From Bugula neritina (taxonomy: Eukaryota > Animalia > Bryozoa): a stretch of DNA of 30,509 nucleotides. Made by a program: the position numbers and the translations under genes. The notes beneath the pieces are model-generated. The model ran no database searches. It had not been told where the DNA came from and saw only the letters and a list, made by a program, of their open reading frames with translations. Of this stretch, positions 23,101-30,509 are shown piece by piece. Position 1 is the first letter of the stretch. Each line of letters opens with the position of its first letter. The stretch covers positions 26,606-57,114 of the forward strand of contig CAXIUT010000050.1 in the NCBI GenBank assembly GCA_964035545.1, read 5' to 3'.

Positions 23101-26100
23101 GTTCCATTGTATAGTCTAGTACTTTTCACATAGAACCCAGTTATCAATATAATCCAAAAGAGTTTCTACAAGTTCCACAGCTGAGGCATTAACTCCTGCA
23201 TTTCCAATGTAGAAATCAACACCCATCGACTAAATAGCATGTCCTTCCATATACTTGACTGCCAAAATCAGTAATAAATCTAGATAAGACATCCTATTTT
23301 TAACTTATTTCTTTTACACTTTGTCAAGAGATCGAGGAAGAACTGGCTCTCTTTCAAGTTGCCGAGTCAGTTCTCCTTCTAAATCATCGTCTTATTCCTA
23401 TTCAATGGTTAGTAATCTAGAAGAAATATCTGTAACTTTGTCTCTCATTTCATCAAGATGGTCAGTAATATCAGTTTGATAAACAAATCTGAGAAAGAAT
23501 AAGATCCATTTGCTAAAATAGATCGAATTCGTCTGAATGTACTAAATATGAGTTTAGTATCATAGAGAGTCTGAATTAAAAATAATCCTCGAGGAGTTTA
23601 GTACCATTAGGCACAACCAGAAATAAGTTACAAAAGCAAAGGTTCCATTACTCGTTTCAAAAGACACATACTTTCTATTAACCAACTTTTAGCTGCATGT
23701 CTTACCAAAGGGTTGACATCATCAAGAAAATCTAACATATTAAATAAACCAACTTTACTGAGCTCTGCAAATTCCTGATTAGAAAGCAAGTCTTTGTATC
23801 TGTATGCGGTTAGTCTCCAAAAATGGGCAAATCTCTGAATAGATGCTTCTTTATCAGGAGCAGAATGAGTGCTGAAAGATCGCTTAACAGTTTATGTGAA
23901 CTCATAAGGAAAATATTTGCTAAAAGAAACGATCAAGTCGATGATTTTAGAGTGCATGTGAGGATAGTCCAAAAGAGACCAAAGTTTTTATAGAGCCATT
24001 TTTTGATAATCTGTTCCTTTTTTGTTTGCTTTTTCCTGTAAAATAATACTCTTGAAACAGTTATAGATCGGATGTTTATTCTCCCACATTAGACATCGGA
24101 TCATTGCTTCAATAGCTGCCAAAGAGACTAGCGGGTTGGATACCTTAATTGCTCCTTCCAAAACATTAAACCATTTTGGTAATGTTTCGCAGCCTTAAAA
24201 TGGAAGATGTATCTGAAGACTTACTATCCCCATAGAACAAAGTTTAAAGGTCTACTCATATTGTTGAATATTAGCAAAGCTTTTCACAATATAGCCTAGC
24301 TCTACAGTAAAAAGTTCCATTTTTTAGCTGATCTTTGTATATTTTTTTTGCTAAGCTATTTCTTTCTCTTTCAATTCTTATTGGAAGGCTAATCTTTATG
24401 GAGGAAGTTCTTCAGTTCCACTTTAAAGATAATATTTCTGATTGATGTTATCCTGTTATCTACGATTAATTTTGATAACTGTTCTTCTGCGTTCTAGTAA
24501 ATTATAAATCAAAAGCACAGTATCTCTCAAATATAGCCTATACAGCTTATGAGTATTGTTGACTTTACCTGCAATACAAGCTAATCCCTAAGTGAGATAA
24601 TCAAGAATAATAGTAATATATTCTAACTCTTAAAAGCTGTGTTCGTGTTTCATAAGCTAGATAAAACAAAAATCGATATACTTTACAGCTTAGAAAGCAG
24701 ACTCCTCTTTTTCATCTCTAACTGCAGTTACAAAAGATTTTCCTAGACTTGCTACGATGACAACATAGTAACTCGGAAGATTTTAAAGAAAACGTTTTCC
24801 TACCTTCAAAACTTATTCCCAAAAACTACAAGTTTTAGAAGCAAGAGGATGAGAAAGAGTATCAGGAGCACTTCCGTAATTAAATATATATCTGAATAAA
24901 TGAAATTTTACCTTAATAAATGCATAGAAATTTGTGAAAGAGTAGGTTAGACTAAGTGAGGATGTTAAATATAAAAGTTTTGTAAAATCTTTAGAGGCAA
25001 AGTGCAGTTATCATGAGAAGTAGGTAAACTATTTAGAATACTTTAGAAGGCTTAAATGATATAGGTAACTACAAACTAGTTTTTTTAGGTAATAACAAAA
25101 CGATCTTCTTAATCTTCTTTTCCGAAAAGCCATCGATTAACTCTTTTGGTGATTGATATTTATTTTTTCTTGAAGAGACGGAGAAGTGCTTCCACTATAA
25201 CTTTTCTTTAATTATTTTAAAGTCTTTCTGATTTGATTCTTAGGTGACTAAACATAAAATCAAGAGCTGTTCTTCTAATTATGGGTTCTTCTTCATCTAG
25301 ACAGCTAATGAGTGCACTAACAACGAGAGATCCAATTCTAGGAAAGTTATTTTCAGGTAGACAGGGATCATCTATGCCTTACCTAATTTGCAGAATACCA
25401 GTACTAACCATCAAGGGAACAGCATTAAGGTGTATTTAATTTTATTAACGAAGCATATTTCTACTGAAAGGAGTTTGGCTATTATAGAGGGATCTATCTA
25501 AATGAGAACTTTGTTTTTAAAATTATAGTTTTGAATCAGATGATTGTAAAATTATCTATCTGAAATAATTTGTTTTTAGGTTTATTTAGGAGGCGACTCA
25601 TTTTATTATTGCTTTTTTAATGATTGATTTTCAAAAGATTACATCGGATTTTAGTATGGTTTGCTTATCTTTTCACTAGACTATATATTATTTCCTTCTT
25701 CATTATTTTACTAGGCATTGAGCTATTGAACTGAAGTTGGAGTAAAAATAGATGGTTATTTCGAAATTGCAGGAGGATCATTGATTTTTTCAATAGGAGT
25801 AGAATGTTGGTTGGGAGAAGGTAATGGAATAGAATTAGAATCTTGTTCATAAGCAACAGGACTAACTTATGATTGTTGACTAAGATGTTTCATTACTTAT
25901 TTATGAGATCCTCTATTTTGATTCATTTTAAGACTAGATTATTTGTCAACTTGTTCTAATTCTAGTAATTAAAGTTCCAAATCTGAAAATCCTCTTGACT
26001 ATTCATAATCTTCTTCTCCCTTGATAAACTCCATTTTTTAGATAATTTTTGAAAGAAATTTAATTCCTGATTTTTTACAATCCCTGTATTTAAGAATAAG

Positions 26101-26694
26101 AGACCAAGTACAGCCAACCACATAGCGACGGCCTACACAATTTAAAACTTTAGAAAGAGTAAACTAAATCAGTTGAACTAATTGGGCATTTATGGTCGAA
26201 GAATAGACTGAGAAAAGTGCTTTTAAAAGGCCAGAAAGCATGGGAATGAGTTATTTTCCGAGATCTAAGAAATAGTTATTGATGATTTTAAGGATCATGA
26301 GTCTTTGTTCGAAGTTACTGGTGTGGACAAAGTGAGGTAAAAGACTCACACTATAAACTCCAAGATCTTATCCAAACATTCTGATGTATTAGTTGAGATT
26401 GCCCTCCACACTCATCTTCATGTTCCTGAAAATTTGTTGGTGAATACGAATGACTGTTTCATGCACTTTTGCAGGTAATATTGGGTTCATACACTGATTG
26501 AGTCTCTTTGAAAGCAATATTTTATCTCCGATAAATGGTGAAGGATAGTCTCTCAGCAAGGATTCAACGTTGCCCAACCAGTTGGGGATATCTGACCACT
26601 AAGTATTGAGTCCAAAATTTTATAGAGATTTTCCTAGGGATTTGTTAAGGTGCTAGGTGATACTTGCAAATTTTTTTGATTTATCGTTGTTCAT
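20141..26694 (-). CDS. DOP1: Dopey/DOP1 family protein (about 2100 aa) with several micro-introns (20473-20492 and 24892-24911 resolved; others not mapped)
   Basis: Dopey_N motifs (TAG)WSDI and LSKRLNQCMNPILPAKVH. C-terminal motifs RICFILYAGPKDRY, IRILILRLS, IWPMI and HQWIF. Confidence 0.92.
20147..20172 (+). repeat. Short imperfect telomere-like GGGGTT tract inside the last codons of Dopey
   Basis: ggttggggttgggggttggggttggg; on the minus strand this region encodes the tail TQPQPPTPTS, which ends at an in-frame TGA. Confidence 0.7.
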
Positions 26695-26719
26695 TAAATT
26701 CAAGATAAGAGTTATTAGA

Positions 26720-27312
26720 TCATTGATGACAAAAATCTTAGAGAGAGATATCCCAAGGCAGCAATTTATCTTATATTTTTTGGGGCTTTATTTCACAGTT
26801 AATCTTCTTTTTCTTAACTTTCCTATCTTGAAGAGATTTTTGCCTCTATCTTGCCATTGAACTTGTCGGTCTGCTTTTCATTTTTATAGCCTATACGCTA
26901 CAAGGATTCATCCTATATCTTCTAAAATGTACAAAAAAGCAGAGTATTTAGGAACTTTAACGCTTTGTTTCAACTTGATATCTTTACTTTTAAGCTTGTT
27001 AATCTCTACTGTGGTTGGTTGATCAATATTTAGGGCAGAATATGGACGCATTTTATTGCCCGGAAGTGTCAATTTTTTTAGAGATGATCCCTTATGTTGT
27101 TGTAAATGTTAAATTGATGAAGTATGTGCTTTTTTAAGAGGAGATAACTCTTGTGTTGATACTGTTTTGAGAGGCGTTTCTTCAGTTTGATGATGATCAA
27201 AGTCAGAGTAAAGTTGATTATTAATGGAAGGTTGATCAGGATGAGTGAAAAAGTTGGGGCTTAGTTGATGTCTTTTGATAAAGTTTTATCTGAGTACTTT
27301 AATAGTTTTCAT
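26720..27312 (-). CDS. Hypothetical basic protein (190 aa); intron 26913-26932
   Basis: ATG-to-TGA frame completed by one 20-nt GT-AG intron. Confidence 0.68.
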
Positions 27313-27387
27313 TTTTGCTTATTTCAATCCATTATATTATTCATCAGATATCGAAAGAAAGTCATAATGAGAATAATTCATGTTAAA

Positions 27388-28500
27388 TCACTATTATACA
27401 CCTTAACTTTGCTGACCTTATGATTCTTAATACTTTTCATCATGTCTTTCTAGCCATTTGCTGAAAACTTCATCTTTAAACTCGTGAGTCAGTATATTAC
27501 TCTAAAGATATTTTCTAAACTGTAAAATCTTGACTTAATCGTTCTAATCAAGAGAAACTTTAAAAACTGGATCTTTTTTATCGTTATACATGTTAAAAGT
27601 CATTCTGTTGAGATAAAGTCCTTCTCCAGGAGCTAAATAGACATCATATTTTTATTTCTAAAAAGCTCTTTTCATTGTTTCTTCTCCATCAAGACTTTCA
27701 TAACATATTTTGATAAGAAGCCCAACCATTTTTCTAATTTGATGATAAATGAAGCTTTGTCCTGTAAGAGTAAATCTAACAAAACTAATTTTACTTTTAT
27801 TCTTTTTTTACTCATCTTCAGGATAATTTTTATCTAAACAATTATTTATAGTTTACTATTAGACAAACTATACTTTCATAGCCATCATGAAGCGATCACA
27901 TCTAGGATCATTAGGTTTATATCCTTTAGTAAAGTTGTTATAGCAATGGGTTCCCAAATATAGAGAAGATAATTTGTTTAGTTTTATAAGGAGTTCATCT
28001 TTTTCCAATTAATTCAACACAATGTTATCAGTCAGTTGCTATTTACTAAAGAATAGTTTGAAAGGAGCTATGTAGTTGTAAATTCTTGAACATGAATCAT
28101 GTCTTATTTCAAATCCTTTTCCAACTTTTTTAATAGCAAAAACTCGAATATCTTCTGGAAGGCCATCATTGATATCTTTGACAGCTTTGTTAAAGTCAAA
28201 TATTTTTTGCTAGCGATCAAGGATGTATCTGTTGTCGAATTCTAAGTTAACAGATATGCCATTGCAGAGAGCATGAACTTTTTTGTCTGTCCTTCCTGCT
28301 CTAGACCATTTAATTCGTTTAAGATTATCCATGTTCGTTTTAAGAATGAATCCCTGCTAGCATAAAACTTTATGTATGTGATTTTAAACTGTGTTCTATG
28401 TGTCACGTTGGTATTGAAGACCAAGAAATCGTTATCCGTTATATCCAAAGAAAATAGTTACCTTTGTCTTGATACTTTTTGCTACTTTATCTGCCTACAT
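27388..28500 (-). CDS. PUS1: tRNA pseudouridine synthase, TruA family, Pus1-like (370 aa)
   Basis: GYNG...GLQ, RAGRTDKKVHA, LPEDIRVF, YLGTHCYNNFT, GQSFIYHQIRKMVG and APGEGLYL motifs. Confidence 0.93.
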
Positions 28501-28567
28501 AGTTATTTTATATAGTTGATACTAAATAGATTAAATGTTTTTATTCCAAGACTCTTTATTATTCTTA

Positions 28568-28888
28568 ATGTGGTAAGATTATCGAAGGTTCTCTATCAAT
28601 CGAGAAATCTTCCCTCGATCATAAAATAAATCATGCAATCGTCTCATCTGTGGTCATCTTAATCGACTAAAATTTCCTCCTTAAGTTAAAACCTATCTTC
28701 AAGCTAGACACTAAGGAATATCCATGAGAAAAGCAATGGCTAAAGCGAACAGATGTTTTTGCAGACGAGAATAGAAGAAAGATAAAACAAAAGAAAGCGA
28801 TATGGAATATCGACAAATCGATAGTAAACAGTTGATTAAAAAGCTTTAAGAGTTACAGATTGGAACCAAAATATCCAGAGAGGATTGA
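28568..28888 (+). CDS. Small hypothetical protein (106 aa)
   Basis: ATG-to-TGA frame filling the gap between PUS1 and the LRR gene. No recognisable domain. Confidence 0.5.
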
Positions 28889-28946
28889 TGTAGTGAGATG
28901 ATAGTATCAGATTTGTTATAGCTTAACAATCACTAGCAGTTCATTT

Positions 28947-29906
28947 TCATGATGAAAGGTGGAGTTCTTCCATTGTTGATTCTTTGATTTCTTCCAGACG
29001 ATGTTGTCTCTCTTTTTCTTCTTTTTCTTTGATAGAACGAATCTTCTTGCTCACCTCCATGCGCTCTTTAAAGACAGCATTTTGCTCATTTTGTTCTCGT
29101 TTGAAAGACTATTCGTTCTGATGGATATATTTTCTTGTTTTTTCTCTGAGTTAACTCAATGCATCCTTTTAATTAATCGACTGAGTGTTGAAGAGAAGAG
29201 GTTTATTTTATTATTTAAGACGTTATTCAACGTTTCTCTTAGTATAGAACTGTTTCATTTGACTGGCATAGGTAGACAGGTTAGCAGGCAATAGTCCCAA
29301 TATTTTAAACTTTTATGCAGGAGTGATAACTTGATCATCTAAATTTTAGAGACCTTTCAAATGTTTAAGGATTGACTCTTTATAATAGGCATCCTTCATA
29401 AGGAGATATTTACTAGGCAGACAGGGTTGTTTTTAAAAGAAACTATTTAAAGTTTAGTTGGTAGTTATGAAGGTTATATTTCTTCAATTTAGTTATTGCT
29501 CAAATTTAGACCTTCTAGTTTTTTGAGTTCTTTGATATTTTACAAAACAGTGATGTTATTATTGTTAAGCGCTAGATATTGTAAATTTTTGAGATGATCT
29601 AATCCTTCTATTTTAGAAATGAGATTCTTGGTAGATAGATAAGTACATGTTGAAGATAAAGAATATTTAGATGTTCAAATACTTATAAATTTTATATTTT
29701 AGGAATACGTAGCCACTCCAAATGTATGGACTTGAGATGGATGAGAGTTTAAATTCTAAAGTTAGATAGTAATACTTTTGTTATTAAGAATCTTCAAAAC
29801 CTGACTCGAGAGAAGTTTAAGAAATAAGCTTCATGTTTATCTGGACTTTCTTATCATTTTTTTAGTTTAGATATTTCTTATGCTCAACAATTTATTCTTC
29901 CTACAT
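28947..29906 (-). CDS. SDS22-class leucine-rich repeat protein, LRRC46-like (299 aa); introns 29394-29413, 29627-29646 and 29756-29775
   Basis: IHLEWLRIPKIENLEVF, LYLQHNLISKIEGL, NNPVC and an LRRcap-like LENLDDQVIT, followed by a coiled-coil tail. Confidence 0.85.
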
Positions 29907-30005
29907 TTAAATTAATAACTTATAAACACTTCAATCACATTATTAATATGTTATATTTGAGTTAGATTTTATTGAAATATGAAGAATAATAAATATGAAT
30001 CTATA

Positions 30006-30509
30006 TCACTTGAAGTCAAAAATATTAGCATTATTAGTATTATTGGCATTATTGGCATTATTGGGATCTCCTGCTTGAGTTGAATCTCTTTGATTTTAGA
30101 TATAATCCAAAGTAGTTGATTTGAGAACAAAAACCAGATAAAAATGAAAACACAATAAGCTATCAACAGCAATAAGGGCAATTAGACTTAGAATAATAGT
30201 GACCAAGACTCCCCACTTCGAAAGAATAGACTAATTAAAGTTATCATCTTGAAAAGATTTAATAAACGCCCATATTCCTTCTCCAATAATGGTAACACAG
30301 TACAAAGTAACACTGATGAGCATTCTCAAAAATACATAATAGTTTTTACCTCCGATGCAGTTATTCAAATATTTACAATGATGATCAAAATATTAAGAAC
30401 AACGGTTACATCGTCTACAATGATAACTTTTAATATGCACTTGACTCCTGCAATCATTACAAAACATCTTCTCCTACTATTTATAATTTTTATTTATCTT
30501 TAAAATCAA
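30006..30509 (-). CDS. DHHC palmitoyltransferase, 3' part (5' end lies outside the window)
   Basis: CNDCRSQVHIKSYHCRRCNRCS(TAA)YFDHHCKYLNNCIGGKNY and FHFYLVFVLKSTTLDYI. Confidence 0.93.

Noticed and set aside
30026-30064. 9-bp tandem repeat (TTATTGGCA-like)
   Set aside because: Encodes an Asn/Ala low-complexity tail of the DHHC protein; not CRISPR-like or mobile.
688-30503. Many supplied ORFs (for example 688-885, 1049-1255, 2144-2407, 10740-11075, 29001-29294, 30249-30503)
   Set aside because: They are antisense or off-frame shadows of genes reconstructed with the correct code.
207-30509. Standard ciliate code (UAR=Gln, table 6) or split code UAA=Lys/UAG=Glu
   Set aside because: Both TAA and TAG fall at conserved Glu sites and pair with GAR in internal repeats and paralogs. 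Only the SmD2 site fits Gln, and none requires Lys.
207-30509. Pseudogene cluster, TGA readthrough/selenocysteine, or Euplotes-type programmed frameshifting
   Set aside because: Apparent stops are TAR sense codons. The in-frame TGAs and frame changes I traced are resolved by micro-introns, and genes end at a single TGA. The interior of Dopey was only partly traced.
1-30509. Transposons, viral genes, CRISPR arrays, tRNA or rRNA genes
   Set aside because: No such motifs were recognised, and nearly all sequence is explained by host protein-coding genes. Small RNAs cannot be excluded without a covariance-model search.

Overview
This is AT-rich, gene-dense eukaryotic DNA that looks like a ciliate macronuclear chromosome end. 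It has a (CCCCAA)n telomere at 1-76 and an internal (GGGGTT)n tract at 18074-18149. The supplied standard-code ORF track is fragmentary because TAA and TAG are sense codons here and TGA is the only stop. At conserved motif positions and between paralogous repeats TAA/TAG align with Glu rather than Gln, which matches the peritrich-type code (NCBI table 30). With that code I could reconstruct about 22 genes by hand: a secreted EF-hand protein, IST1-like, Myb-like, a kinase, a CTL/SLC44 transporter, SmD2, a CXC/tesmin protein, an ATPTT6-like ATP synthase subunit, two tandem Cys-less pentameric ligand-gated channel-like genes, Dopey/DOP1, PUS1, an LRRC46-like protein, a partial DHHC acyltransferase and several hypotheticals. 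Of 18 inferred GT-AG introns, 16 are exactly 20 nt and 17 have an A at position -6. The most interesting signals are the code, the fixed-geometry micro-introns, the telomere tract sitting in frame inside a channel paralog, and the atypical, possibly inverted, architecture of the channel pair. All translations, counts and family calls are manual and from recalled motifs; no database searches were run.
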